NCBI GenBank assembly: GCA_033549025.1 | Contig: JAWSUS010000008.1 | Coordinates: 59,905-123,904, forward strand | Source of the DNA: Desulfuromonadales bacterium | Lineage (GTDB): Bacteria; Desulfobacterota; Desulfuromonadia; Desulfuromonadales; SZUA-540 | Direction of reading: 5' to 3' | Length of the DNA: 64,000 nucleotides | Part shown: positions 27,694 to 38,600 of the stretch, one piece after another | Layout: the number at the start of each line of letters is the position of its first letter | Numbering within the stretch: position 1 is the first letter of the stretch | Notes under the pieces: model-generated | Databases searched by the model: none | Told to the model about the DNA's origin: nothing | Seen by the model: only the letters and a program-made list of their open reading frames with translations | Position numbers and translations under genes: made by a program

Positions 27694-28112
27694 AAATGAA
27701 GCCGACCATTACCGTAGCCGACAACGGCAACCTGCAGATCCACATCCCGATGCTGATCCGGCGCATGCGTGGCCGCAAGACGGTCATCGCGCCCCAGGCC
27801 CTGGACGGAGCGATCTCTGGTGCGCAGGAGCCGGTGCAGTCCGCCGTCCTCCAGGCACTGGCAAGGGCCTTTTCCTGGGCCGACATCCTCGAATCCGGCC
27901 AGATCAAGTCCATCAGCGAGCTTGCCCGTACCCTCGACGTCGATGGCTCGTATGTGGCCCGCATCCTCAAGCTGACGACTCTGGCCCCCGACATCGTAGA
28001 AGCCCTGATCAACGGCGAGGAACCCAACGGGCTCTCGCTGGCCAAGCTGACCCAGACCTTCCCTGAAGACTGGGTCGAGCAGCGCCGCCAGTTCGGCTTC
28101 GCCACCGACTGA
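27690..28112 (+). CDS. HTH-containing accessory protein of the serine recombinase module
   Basis: SISELARTLDVDGSYVARILKLTTLAPDIVEALING; ATGA overlap with the recombinase. Confidence 0.8.
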   Translation: MKMKPTITVADNGNLQIHIPMLIRRMRGRKTVIAPQALDGAISGAQEPVQSAVLQALARAFSWADILESGQIKSISELARTLDVDGSYVARILKLTTLAPDIVEALINGEEPNGLSLAKLTQTFPEDWVEQRRQFGFATD

Positions 28113-28137
28113 CGACCGGACCGGAGACCACCCCAGA

Positions 28138-28169
28138 GAGCCGACCATCAGCGTCGGCTTTTCTTCTTT
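28138..28169 (+). terminator. Intrinsic terminator of the recombinase operon
   Basis: AGCCGAC-catcagc-GTCGGCT followed by a T-rich tail. Confidence 0.7.
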
Positions 28170-28473
28170 GGGGGGGGCAGGAAACCGGAGTTGACCACAC
28201 TTCTTTTCATGGGCGAAGCGGGTGATTTCGAAAAAAACGTCCGGTTGCGGCATCGAGCGATGACCTAAGACAACCGCCCAAAACGGCAACAAGCCGCAAA
28301 CCCATATCAATCAAGGATGTAGCTTCCCGGACGAGCTTCGGACTTGGTCCGGAGAAAACAGAGAATCAGGGGCCAAACAGAGAAAGAAAGGCGGGAGGAT
28401 GGGGAGAATCGATGGTGCGGAGAGGTGCTTTGGAAAGATGTGAAACGGGCGCAACCCCTTTAGAAACAAGGGG

Positions 28474-28521
28474 AAAAAGAAAACCCGTCACCCCGGAGAA
28501 TGACCCCAGAGAGACGGGTTT
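28474..28521 (-). terminator. Terminator downstream of ssrA
   Basis: AAACCCGTC...GACGGGTTT stem plus T tract on the minus strand. Confidence 0.65.
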
Positions 28522-28533
28522 GTCTTTTCTAAA

Positions 28534-28889
28534 TGGTGGAGGTGGCGGGAATCGAACCCGCGTCCGAAAACCTTTCACGTAAGGCTTCTACATGCTTAGT
28601 CGGTGTTTTGAGTTTAACCCGGAACCGCTCCCACAGACAGGATTTGAACCGGGCGAGTCTGCTTTATTTCGCCTCTGCACCGCAGTCACTTGCAGAGACT
28701 AGCCCACTAAATTGACGTCTCAGACCCTACGCGGGCGATAAGGAAAGAGACGAGGCAGCAATTAAGCTGCCAGTGCGTACGAAACGTCAGAGTCGGCGTT
28801 TGTATTGTTGCCAGTTTTTTAACGAGGCCCACTGGCGTCCCCGGCATGCCACCTTCGCTTCCGATCCCCGTCGAAACCTTGACACCCCC
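28534..28889 (-). ncRNA. ssrA: tmRNA; tag reading frame 28797-28762 encodes ADSDVSYALAA
   Basis: 5' GGGGGTGTCAAGGTTTCGAC; 3' GGTTCGATTCCCGCCACCTCCACCA; tag ends YALAA; next to smpB. Confidence 0.97.
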
Positions 28890-29003
28890 TTTGAAATATA
28901 CGGAGTTAAGCGAACTGGGTGAGGCGCGAAATCAACGCCTCATAAACTTGTTTAACTTTTATACCACAAGTGCCCGAAAAATCCAAGGAAAGTTTTACTT
29001 GCC

Positions 29004-29465
29004 CTATTCCTCACGCCTTACGTTTTTAAAGGCCTTGGCCATCTCGCGGTCGGCCTCTTTCTGCTTGAGAGATTCGCGTTTGTCGTGCAGTTTCTTGCCC
29101 CGCCCGATGCCGATCTCCAGTTTGACGCGGCTGTCCTTGAGATAAATCCTGGTCGGCACCAGCGAAAGGCCTTTTTCATCGACTTTGCGAATAATTTTAT
29201 TGATCTCTTCGCGATGCAGCAGCAGTTTGCGCACCCGCGTGGGGTCGACATTTTCGCGGTTGCCCTGCTCGTAAGGACTGATGTTCATATTGTTGATGAA
29301 GATCTCCCCGTCCTTGATGCGGCAGAAGGATTCCTTGATATTGACCTTGCCCAGGCGCAGCGACTTGACTTCGGTGCCGGTAAGGACCATGCCGGCCTCG
29401 TAGACTTCGTCGATGAAGTAGTCGTGGTAGGCCTTTTTATTATTGGCGATAATCTTGATTCCCAT
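29004..29465 (-). CDS. smpB: SsrA-binding protein
   Basis: [32 protein letters not shown]. Confidence 0.98.
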   Translation of the reverse strand: MGIKIIANNKKAYHDYFIDEVYEAGMVLTGTEVKSLRLGKVNIKESFCRIKDGEIFINNMNISPYEQGNRENVDPTRVRKLLLHREEINKIIRKVDEKGLSLVPTRIYLKDSRVKLEIGIGRGKKLHDKRESLKQKEADREMAKAFKNVRREE

Positions 29466-29470
29466 AAATC

Positions 29471-29932
29471 CTATCCGCCCGCAGGCAGGTCTTCGTCGTC
29501 AACAATCTCGGTAATATGAGGCATGAAGGATTCGCGGGCCAGAGTGCGGGTTCCCACCCGGATAATCAGGAACGACCCGACCAGAAAAGCGACCCCGATG
29601 ATCGCGGAGAGCAGGTTGGGGTCGGGACCGTTTTCGAGCCATTCACCGACGGCCAGGCCGGCGACAGCGCCGATGACCAGGGCAATCAGGGGAACGATAT
29701 ACAGCATGAAGGACGACTGCAGAAACGTCTTGGTGCTGGTAACGAGCCGCACCCGGTCCCCCACCTTGGCGCCGAGGCGATTATGCGCTTCGACCAGCAT
29801 GGATTTGTTGTCATTGCCGACCTGGCACAACCCGTTGGAAGCGCAGTGTTTGCAAAAAGAGCCTTTCTGGCACAGGACAAGAGCCACAGCCTTGCCCTTG
29901 ATCTCGACAACGGTTCCAACCTCTTCCATCAT
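29471..29932 (-). CDS. RseC/MucC family membrane protein
   Basis: EEVGTVV, CKHC...C, AKVGDRV, LYIVPL and two TM helices. Confidence 0.85.
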   Translation of the reverse strand: MMEEVGTVVEIKGKAVALVLCQKGSFCKHCASNGLCQVGNDNKSMLVEAHNRLGAKVGDRVRLVTSTKTFLQSSFMLYIVPLIALVIGAVAGLAVGEWLENGPDPNLLSAIIGVAFLVGSFLIIRVGTRTLARESFMPHITEIVDDEDLPAGG

Positions 29933-30025
29933 GGGGCACCTCGGGATATCGTCTGGTTCCAGCGGCGGCGTCAATTTCCGCCCTGGCTCTACCCGGTTTT
30001 GCGAAGGTCGAATTATACGGGGTGA

Positions 30026-31294
30026 TCAGGCTTTTTGCAAGACATCCCTGCCGCAGAGGTAGAGGCTGCTGACCTCTTCACTGCGGCCAGGCTGGCAGAG
30101 AAAATCAAGGAGGCCAGCGGCTGAAGGCAGCCTCTGCGGACGGAGAATCTGGAAGTGTGCCCCGTAACCCGCCTGCAGACAGCCCATCTCGCCTTCAAGG
30201 CCAAGGGCGCGGGCGCCATCGGCCGTGGCCATGACCAGCAACGCCGCGGGGGTGAGAGACCCCTCGAACCAGTCGAGGGCAAAAGCCATTTCGTCCCAGA
30301 TGGACAGGGTGTCGCAACTGGCCAGACTGTCCGTACCCAGCACGAGGGGCACGCCGGCCTGGCAATAAAGGGACACGGGGGCTTTGCCCACGCCCAGGCG
30401 GGCATTGGAGCGGGGACACAGAGCCAGGGTCACCTTGTTTTGACGCAGCAGGCACACATCCTCCTCATCGACCTGAACCCCATGCGCCAGCATGGTTGAA
30501 GGCAGCAGGCCGCCGCGCTCATACAGATAGGCGGTTGGCGTGCGGTGGGCCGGGGGCGGAACCTCCTGCTGCCAGCCCACGTAGGGATAGAAGACCTGGG
30601 CCAGATCCCCGCCAGAGGAATCAAGAAAAGTTCGTTCTTCGACCGATTCCCCCAGGTGGATAGACAGAGGAGCCTGCTGACGCCGGGCAAAATCCACCAC
30701 CTCCTCCATGTAGCGGTCGGACAGGGTGTAGGGCGAGTGCGGCGAGAGCCCGAGCATCAGGTGCCCCGCCCTGCCCTCGCGCAGCATATCGCCGACGGCC
30801 TTGAGCAACCGCCGCCCCTGCTCAGGATGACGACCGAGGGTTTCCAGATAGAGGGTGCCGAACAGCGGCGCCTGCCGGTAGGCAAGGCGGGCGGGAAACC
30901 AGGAGAGGATATCGCCAACGGCGCCCGTGCCGGCAGCCAGACTTCGCCGGATGCCGTCTTCCAGGGAAGGCAGATAGAGCTGCGGGTCGAGGCCGCGCTT
31001 GACCCGGACAACCTGCAGAATCCAGTCGACGAAGGTGGCGGGTGTTGCGATCTCGCCCTTGCGCCTGGCCCAGTCGGGAAAATGGGTGAGTTCGAGGTGG
31101 GTGTGGGCGTTGACCAGCGGCGGCAGCAGGATACCGTCGGGAAAATCAACTTTTTGAGCCTGGGGATAGGCTGCCAGCAGCTCCGGACGGGAACCGACGG
31201 CAAGCAGGCGTCCATCCCGCACGGCGATGGCACCATCCTCCAGCGGTGGCGCGCTGATAGGCAGAACGAAGCGGGCGGTATAGAGAGTCACCAT
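30026..31294 (-). CDS. Amidohydrolase family metal-dependent deaminase
   Basis: NAHTHLE, SPHSPY, IHLGES, LGTDS. Confidence 0.9.
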   Translation of the reverse strand: MVTLYTARFVLPISAPPLEDGAIAVRDGRLLAVGSRPELLAAYPQAQKVDFPDGILLPPLVNAHTHLELTHFPDWARRKGEIATPATFVDWILQVVRVKRGLDPQLYLPSLEDGIRRSLAAGTGAVGDILSWFPARLAYRQAPLFGTLYLETLGRHPEQGRRLLKAVGDMLREGRAGHLMLGLSPHSPYTLSDRYMEEVVDFARRQQAPLSIHLGESVEERTFLDSSGGDLAQVFYPYVGWQQEVPPPAHRTPTAYLYERGGLLPSTMLAHGVQVDEEDVCLLRQNKVTLALCPRSNARLGVGKAPVSLYCQAGVPLVLGTDSLASCDTLSIWDEMAFALDWFEGSLTPAALLVMATADGARALGLEGEMGCLQAGYGAHFQILRPQRLPSAAGLLDFLCQPGRSEEVSSLYLCGRDVLQKA

Positions 31295-31303
31295 GACGAG
31301 CGA

Positions 31304-32965
31304 TCAACCGGCTTTCTGGGCCGAGTGCGGCAACCGCAGGATATCACGGATCTGCCGCAGCAGCTCCTGAGTCTCCTCATGCTGCACGAGGTCGCACTGT
31401 TCCTGCAGGACCTCATCGAGGATGTCGTCGGTGGTCAGGGGATTGGCCAGCACCACCCGGAAGACCGTAAGGGTCGCATGGCCATAGCGCGCAAAGCGAA
31501 GACTGGTACGCGAAACAAAGGTGTTGCCGACTTCCCGCTGCTCTTTCTGAATCAGGCGGGTGATCTGGTCGAGCAGATCGTTGACCTGTCCCAGGCTCTC
31601 TGGCGGCGCCTGGGACAGCACGGCCTGCACATCAGCCGGATTGTAGCGGTAGGTCAGGATGTTCAGCTCCGGTTCGGACATGAGTTCGAAATCGGGATGC
31701 CTGCGGATCTTGTCGGCAAAGGTGCGGGCCCGGGCGATGCCCAGGTCGATGAGAAGTTCGTAACCCTTGCGCCCAATGATGGACAGGCCGGCATGGACCA
31801 GCATCGACTTGCCGGGCCGGGAACCTTCCAGGGTGTGACTGCCCAGATCCTTGGAGCCATGGCGCAGGATATAGGCGGCATGGTGTTCGATTGCGGTCAG
31901 GGCGGCGGGATCCTTGAAGAGCACCATGCCGGCGCCCATGGGGACGTAGAGCTGTTTGTGCGCGTCAATGGTGACCGAGTCGGCCCGTTCAATCCCGCGG
32001 AGAAGATGCCGGTGGTTTTGGGAAAAGAGGGTGGGCCCGCCCCAGGCCGCGTCGACATGGAAATGGCAGCCGATCTCCCCGGCGTAGTCGGCCATGGCTT
32101 CCAGAGGATCGACATTGCCGGTCTCGGTGGTGCCGGCGATGCCGATCAGCGCCATGGGACGAATGTTGCTGTCCCGCAACCGCTCGACCTGCAGGCGCAG
32201 ATGGCCCATATCCATGCGGTTGTTGTCATCCGTTTCCACCAGGACCAGGTTGTCGCGCCCGATGCCCAGCACGTCGGCGGCCTTGCCCAGGCTGTAATGC
32301 CCGCGCCGTGAAACCAGGATCGCCAGCCCCTGGTAGCCCAGATGCTCAATGGCCCGAAAAAGCCCTTCCTGGGCAATGCCGCGAAAATCGCCGGACGGGC
32401 CGCACAGACGGTTGCGGGCGGTCCACAGGGCCGTCACGTTGGCGATCGTCCCCCCGGAACAGAAAGCTCCGAGCGCCTGGTCGCTTTCGTGGATCCAGCG
32501 GGTGTAAAAGTGGTCGTTTTCGGCGTAAATAAGACGGTGCAGCATGGCCAGCACCTGGCGTTCCATCGGCGTAAAAGCCTTGGAAGTTTCCACCTTGACG
32601 AGATTCTGGTTGAGTGCCGTCATGATCCGCGACAACGGAAGCATGAAATAGGGCAGCGCCGAGGTCATGTGACCGATGAAGCTGGGCGAGGCGGTATGGA
32701 CCGACTGGGCTACCAGCTTCTCCTTGACGAAGTCGGTGTAGTCGGAAACGTAGGTCGGATCTTCAGGGATGTGGGAATCGGAAAAATCTTCCTCGATCTC
32801 TTCCAGACTGCGTTCCAGAGCGACGATGTGTTCCTGCAGAAAACCGGTGACGTTGTCGGAAATCGCCCTGTCCACCTCGCCGAGTGTGGAATCGGGGCTT
32901 TCAGGGACGGTGAAAATACGGTACAGGTTTTCCAGGTTGGCCTTGGCGAGTTCTCGCGGTGTCAT
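31304..32965 (-). CDS. panP: PLP-dependent aspartate 1-decarboxylase
   Basis: Group II decarboxylase motifs HVDAAWGG and DAHKQ; NQNLVKVETSK; follows panB-panC; start taken at MTPREL. Confidence 0.9.
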   Translation of the reverse strand: MTPRELAKANLENLYRIFTVPESPDSTLGEVDRAISDNVTGFLQEHIVALERSLEEIEEDFSDSHIPEDPTYVSDYTDFVKEKLVAQSVHTASPSFIGHMTSALPYFMLPLSRIMTALNQNLVKVETSKAFTPMERQVLAMLHRLIYAENDHFYTRWIHESDQALGAFCSGGTIANVTALWTARNRLCGPSGDFRGIAQEGLFRAIEHLGYQGLAILVSRRGHYSLGKAADVLGIGRDNLVLVETDDNNRMDMGHLRLQVERLRDSNIRPMALIGIAGTTETGNVDPLEAMADYAGEIGCHFHVDAAWGGPTLFSQNHRHLLRGIERADSVTIDAHKQLYVPMGAGMVLFKDPAALTAIEHHAAYILRHGSKDLGSHTLEGSRPGKSMLVHAGLSIIGRKGYELLIDLGIARARTFADKIRRHPDFELMSEPELNILTYRYNPADVQAVLSQAPPESLGQVNDLLDQITRLIQKEQREVGNTFVSRTSLRFARYGHATLTVFRVVLANPLTTDDILDEVLQEQCDLVQHEETQELLRQIRDILRLPHSAQKAG

Positions 32966-32982
32966 CGCATCCTCTTCGGATC

Positions 32983-33870
32983 TCAGCCTCGGGATGGGGC
33001 CGAATCCAGCAAAAAGCCGTTGTCGATCAGGCGGGTCTGGCCGATAAAGACCGCCAGCAGCAGGACGGAATCCGGGTCGATCGTGGCCTGCTGCTGCAGG
33101 GTCTGCTGATGGCAGATCTGAAGGTAATCGATGCGGGCTTCGGGCATGGCGGTAATAAGCTGCGTCAGCTCGGCAATGACCGCATCGGCCGCGGTCTGGC
33201 CCCGGGCGGCCATCTGTCTGGCCGCCGCCAGAGCGCGGGAGAGCACCAGGGCCTGTCGACGCTGCTCGTCGCTCAGATAGACGTTGCGTGAGCTCATGGC
33301 CAGCCCGTCCGCCTCGCGCACGATGGGCATGCCGACGACATCGACGGGCAGATTGAGATCCATAGCCATGCGGCGGATAACGGCCAGCTGCTGGAAATCC
33401 TTCTGACCGAAGAGCGCCACATGGGGCTGCACGATGGTGAACAATTTGGTCACCACCGTCGTGACGCCACGGAAATGGCCGGGGCGGCTGGCGCCGCACA
33501 GCACCTCCGTCAACCCTTCGACATCGACATAGGTGGCATAGCCCCGCGGATACATGTCGCTGGCCACGGGCGCGAAGATCAGGTCGGCTCCCGCTGTCGC
33601 CGCCAGGGCGGCGTCCCGGTCGAGATCGCGGGGATAGTTGTCGAAGTCTTCGCCGGCACCGAACTGGGTCGGGTTGACGAATATCGACAGGACCAGCACA
33701 TCCCCCCGCCGGCGGCCCTCCCGCAGCAGCGAAAGGTGCCCTTCGTGCAGCCAGCCCATGGTCGGCACAAAGGCGATGCGCTTGCCCGCTTCACGCAGAG
33801 CCAGGCAGCGCTGCTGCATCTCGTCGACAGAACGGACAATCTCTGGAGTCTTATTCACGGCGCTGGTCAT
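32983..33870 (-). CDS. panC: Pantoate--beta-alanine ligase
   Basis: [29 protein letters not shown]. Confidence 0.97.
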   Translation of the reverse strand: MTSAVNKTPEIVRSVDEMQQRCLALREAGKRIAFVPTMGWLHEGHLSLLREGRRRGDVLVLSIFVNPTQFGAGEDFDNYPRDLDRDAALAATAGADLIFAPVASDMYPRGYATYVDVEGLTEVLCGASRPGHFRGVTTVVTKLFTIVQPHVALFGQKDFQQLAVIRRMAMDLNLPVDVVGMPIVREADGLAMSSRNVYLSDEQRRQALVLSRALAAARQMAARGQTAADAVIAELTQLITAMPEARIDYLQICHQQTLQQQATIDPDSVLLLAVFIGQTRLIDNGFLLDSAPSRG

Positions 33871-33878
33871 GCCTGCCC

Positions 33879-34682
33879 TCACTTGAAGCTGTGCTCGGGG
33901 CCGGGAAAAGTCCCGTCCTTGACTTCACGAATATAGTCGCCGATGCCCTGGCTGATGGTTTCGGAGACATCGGCAAAGCGTTTGACGAACTTGGGCGAGT
34001 ATTTCTCGCAGAGCCCGAGAATATCGTGGATGACCAGCACCTGTCCGTCACAGTGGATCCCGGCGCCGATCCCGATGGTCGGGATGGGAACCGCCTCCGA
34101 GATCTGCCGGGCCAGCTCAGAAGGTATGCCCTCCAGCACCAGGGCAAAGGCGCCGGCCTTTGCCACCGCTTTGGCGTCGGCCAGCAGCTGGCGCGCCTGC
34201 TCATCCTGGCGTCCCTGCACCCGGTAGCCGCCCATGCGATGAATGGACTGGGGCGTCAGGCCAATATGACCGACCACGGGCACATCCATGGCGACGATGG
34301 CGGCAATGGTCGCGGCGATGTTCTCGCCTCCCTCGAGCTTGACGGCCTGGGCTCCTCCCTCTTTCACCAGACGCCCGGCATTGAGGCGGGCATCCCGCAT
34401 ATCGACCTGGTAGGACAGAAAAGGCATGTCGGCAATTATGACGGCGCTGGAACTGCCGCGCACCACGGCGCGCGTATGATAGATCATCTCATCCATGGTG
34501 ACCGGCAGGGTGTTGTCGTAGCCGGCGACCACGGAACCGACGGAATCCCCGACCAGAATCATGTCGATGCCGGCCTGATCCATCAACCGGGCGAAGGGAT
34601 AATCGTAGGCCGTCAAAACGGTGATTTTCTCACCGGATTCCTTCATTTTCTGGATATCGAGAATGGACTTCTGTTTATTCAC
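33879..34682 (-). CDS. panB: 3-methyl-2-oxobutanoate hydroxymethyltransferase
   Basis: [25 protein letters not shown] start inferred. Confidence 0.97.
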   Translation of the reverse strand: MNKQKSILDIQKMKESGEKITVLTAYDYPFARLMDQAGIDMILVGDSVGSVVAGYDNTLPVTMDEMIYHTRAVVRGSSSAVIIADMPFLSYQVDMRDARLNAGRLVKEGGAQAVKLEGGENIAATIAAIVAMDVPVVGHIGLTPQSIHRMGGYRVQGRQDEQARQLLADAKAVAKAGAFALVLEGIPSELARQISEAVPIPTIGIGAGIHCDGQVLVIHDILGLCEKYSPKFVKRFADVSETISQGIGDYIREVKDGTFPGPEHSFK

Positions 34683-34714
34683 GGCAACTGGTTCCTTTCG
34701 ACCATTCAGGCGAC

Positions 34715-34850
34715 CGCCACAAAAAAAAGCCTTCCGGACGGGATCCGAAAGGCATGGGGTCAGCAAGGGCGGCAGACGCCCGTCTTCTTCGTTGCTTACC
34801 TTCCGTCCCGGTCCAAAGATCCAGGCGGTATCTATGTATGCGGCTTTTCT
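34715..34850 (-). promoter_or_regulatory. panB leader: bulged hairpin (pan RNA motif-like) followed by an intrinsic terminator
   Basis: CCGCCTGGATCTTTGGACCGGGACGG hairpin, then GCCTTTCGGA-tcccg-TCCGGAAGGC-T8 just before panB. Confidence 0.55.
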
Positions 34851-35018
34851 GACGTCGGGTTCCCCCGGGCTCCGGTACGGGTTCCGGGCCTTAATGAAAT
34901 CGTAAAAAAGCGTTTCTCCCTATAACATACTGAAAAGTGGAGTGTCCACCGCTATATTGTCCCGGCAGACTTCAAACGGGGTTCTTATCGAAAAAAAACA
35001 TTAAAAATCGGCCCTGTT

Positions 35019-35597
35019 TCAGGGCTTGAAAAATTTCTTGCCATCACGGTAAGCCTGGGCCTTTTTCTCCCCCAGACTCCAGTATTCGCGAATCCCCCCC
35101 AGATAGACCAGAGGATCAAACGCCAGGGCATCCATCCCCCCGCCGTCTTGAAAAGCCTCCTCACAGGCGTGTATTTCGACAATTTCCCCCAGCAGCAGGC
35201 TGTATTCGCCCAGGGGGATTTCGGAGGTCAGACGGCACTCCACGTTGAGCGGGGATTCGGTCACCAAAGGCGCCTCGACCAGAGAGGCGGATTCCAGGGT
35301 CAGTCCGGCGACAGCCGCCTTGTCCTCTTCGCGCCCGGATTTAAGCCCGCAATAATCCGCCTCAACCGCAAGAGAAGCCGGTACCATATTGATCACAAAG
35401 GATCGGGTCTCTTTGATGTTCGCGTAGGTTTTTCGTGAATGGTTCAGCGACAGCCCGATGGTGGGCGGGGTCTTGCTGACAATCCCCACCCAGGAGGCCG
35501 TCATCAGGTCGGATGAGCCTTGCCCGTCCACGGAGGAGACCAGGGTGGTCGGTTGCGGGAAGAAGGTCACACAGGGACCGAGCTTTCTTTTCAGCAT
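35019..35597 (-). CDS. Flavin reductase family protein
   Basis: PQPTTLVS, TYANIKET..FVIN, ESPLNVECR. Confidence 0.9.
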   Translation of the reverse strand: MLKRKLGPCVTFFPQPTTLVSSVDGQGSSDLMTASWVGIVSKTPPTIGLSLNHSRKTYANIKETRSFVINMVPASLAVEADYCGLKSGREEDKAAVAGLTLESASLVEAPLVTESPLNVECRLTSEIPLGEYSLLLGEIVEIHACEEAFQDGGGMDALAFDPLVYLGGIREYWSLGEKKAQAYRDGKKFFKP

Positions 35598-35623
35598 GCA
35601 GCATCCTTTCTTTGTTTCAGAAT

Positions 35624-38600
35624 TCAGACACACAGCCCTTCAGCGGCGTTCAACAGAACCGTAAAGGGGTGGAAGTTAACGGCGACCTGGCCCCGCAAAC
35701 TCTCTCGCAGGGCCTGAAAGCGGCGCAGTTTCTGTTTGCGAAGGGAGCAGAGGGCGTCGAGATTGCCCTGATGGTCTTTCAGAACCACCCGCACCATATC
35801 ATAGACGACCGTCTCAAAACCTTCCTGCAGGGACCTCCTCGCCATGCGGTCCCAGCGGTCGCGCAGAGGCACCCGTTCCACATCCTTGAGCAGGTCCCCG
35901 TAGCCGAGAAGCTGCCGGATCTCCCTGAAAGCCTGGGCGACGGCGTAAAAATCCCCCCCGGTCTCTTCCGCCAGGGTCATGAGCGGCAGGAAATCGGCGG
36001 CGTGATCGAGCAGGGACAGGTGGTGGGCGACCTCCGTATCAAGTCCGGCTTCGACCAAAGCGGCCGCCTCGTCCTTACAGCCGGCCCAGATCTCGGCAGG
36101 CAGCACCCCGCCAATGGTTTTGTAGAACAGCGCCAGGTTCTCACGCAGGGTTTCGATCCCCTTATCAGCGAGAGAGCCCCACACATCGTGCAGAAGCGCC
36201 CAGTGACACAGGGACTGCAGAGCCTCTTCGAGACGAATGAGAAGGGCCTGCTGCCGCTCGGCGGACAGCACGTTGTCCAGGGCGTAAAGACCTGCGCGCA
36301 GGCGCTCGCCTTCCAGCATGCGGTCAAAGGTCAGGTAGGCGGCGGCCGCGTCGATCAGGGACTTGCCGGTCTGCTGCACCAATGCGCTGAGAAAAGCACT
36401 GCCCGCCTGATTGATGATGTTGTTGGTGATAACCGTGGCGGTAATCTCCCGGGCGAGCGGGTGCTCGGGAAGATCGGTCAGAAAAGATCGCCGGATGGGA
36501 CCCGGGAAATAGCGCAGCAGAAAATCGCCGGCTTCCGGACTCCGGGGAAGTTCGCTCTCAAGAATCCCCTGGTAGAGCTGCATTTTACTGTAAGCCATGA
36601 GAATGGCCAGTTCAGGCCGGGTCAGTTTCTGCCCCTGCCGCGCCTGAATATCTTTGGCGGAGGGGAGGAATTCGCCGCGGCGGTCCAGCAGGCCGCTCCG
36701 GGCGAGACTGTCGATCAACTGGACATAGGGTTCGATTTCACCCTGACTGCGGCGCAGGTCCAGGGAAAGGCAAAGGTGCTGCTCGTAGTTGTTGGCCAGA
36801 ACCTGGGAGCAGACCTCGTCGGTCACTTCGGCCAAGATACGGTCACGTTCTTGCTGTGAAGCAATTTTCCCTTTATCTTTAAGGTATTGCATGAAAATCT
36901 TAAGATTGACCTCATGGTCCGAGGTATCCACCCCGGCCGAATTATCCACCGCATCGGTATTGATCCGGCCGCCGTTCTGGGCGAACTCGATCCGGGCCCG
37001 CTGGGTAAACCCGAGATTGCCCCCCTCGCCGACGACCCGCGCCCGCAGCTGATTGCCATCGACCCGGACCGCATCGTTGTTGCGGTCACCGGCGTCCTCG
37101 TGCTTTTCGCCGCTCTCCTTGACGTAGGTTCCGATGCCGCCGTTCCAGAGCAGATCGACCTCCGCCGTCAGCAGAAGCTTGATCAGGCTGTTGGGATCGA
37201 TGCTCTCCTGCCGGATCCCCAAAAACTTGCGGACTTGCGGACTTAAAGGGATTTCCTTGGCGGAACGGGCAAATATGCCCCCCCCTTCGGAGAGAAGATG
37301 CCGGTTGAAATCGTCCCAGGAGGAGCGCGGCAGGTGGAACAGACGGCGGCGCTCGGCAAAGGTGGCGACAGCATCGGGATCAGGATCCAGAAAGATATGA
37401 CGGTGATCGAAAGCGGCCACCAGACGAATGTGCGGAGAAAGAAGCATGCCGTTGCCAAAGACGTCGCCACTCATGTCGCCAATACCGACGACGGTAAAGG
37501 GCTCCTTCTGGATATCCTGCCCCAGTTCCCTGAAGTGTGATTTGACGCACTCCCAGGCCCCGCGCGCGGTAATGCCCAACTTTTTATGGTCATATCCGTG
37601 GGAGCCGCCGCTGGCAAAGGCGTCATCGAGCCAGAACCGGTATTCCCGGCTGACCGCGTTGGCCGTATCGGGCAGATGCGCGGTCCCCTTGTCGGCGGCG
37701 ACAACGAGATAAGGGTCTTTTTCGTCGTACGCCACGATCCCTTCGGCGCGAACCACCGTATCCCCTACCCGGTTGTCCGACAGGTCCAGCAGGCCGCGCA
37801 TGAGGGTCTGGTAGGCGGCCTTGGAGAGCTCGGCCCCTTCGTCCCGGTTGCTGTAGGGGGTCTTGACGACAAACCCGCCCTTGGAACCGACCGGGACAAT
37901 CAGGGCGTTCTTGGTCATCTGGGTTTTCATCAAACCGAGAACTTCGGTGCGAAAATCGTCGGGGCGGTCTGACCAGCGAATGCCGCCGCGGGCGACCCGT
38001 CCGCCGCGCAGGTGAATGCCCTCCATGGCGGCGCTGTGGACGTAGACTTCAAAGAGGGGACGGGGCGCCGGCATGTCGATGATCCCCATGGCGCTGATCT
38101 TGAACGCGAAAAAGTAATCCTTGCTGCCGGCCCGCCGATAAAAGTTCGTCCGCACGGTCGAATCGATGAGGTTGAAGAGCGCCCGCAGAATGTTGTCTTC
38201 ATTGACATCCGAGACGTCCTGCAAGGCCGTGATCAATTGCATCCGGATGGGAGACAGGGCCTCCTCTTCCCGTTTAAGGGGATCGGCCCATTCCGGTTTG
38301 TCCAGAAAGCGCGCCTCAAAGTAGCGGTACAGCAGATGCGTGACTTCCGCATTGTGAATCAGGGCCATGGCGACCCTTTTCTTGGTATAGGGACAGCCCA
38401 GCTGGAAGTAATAGTTTCGATAGCCGCGAAACACGTCGATCTGCTGCCAGGAGAGTCCCGTAAGGACAAGAATGCCATGCAGATAATCGTTTTCGACCTG
38501 TCCGCGACGCAGGGCCTGCAGGGCGTCGAGCAGCAGAGGTCTGACCTCGGCCAGAGCCAGGGCCTTCGCGGGCGACGTCCGGATGGTAAAGCTCTTGATG

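Larger units (their letters stand above)
1..28533. mobile_element. Prophage / phage-like integrative element abutting the 3' end of ssrA (left boundary outside window)
   Basis: Terminase, portal, MuF, primase-helicase, recombination genes, own sigma factor and a large serine recombinase, ending immediately 3' of tmRNA; housekeeping genes begin on the other side of ssrA. No att duplication can be checked because the far end is off-window. Confidence 0.85.

Noticed and set aside
28534..28565. tRNA gene
   Set aside because: The T-arm/CCA end belongs to tmRNA; its 5' end and tag frame were identified.
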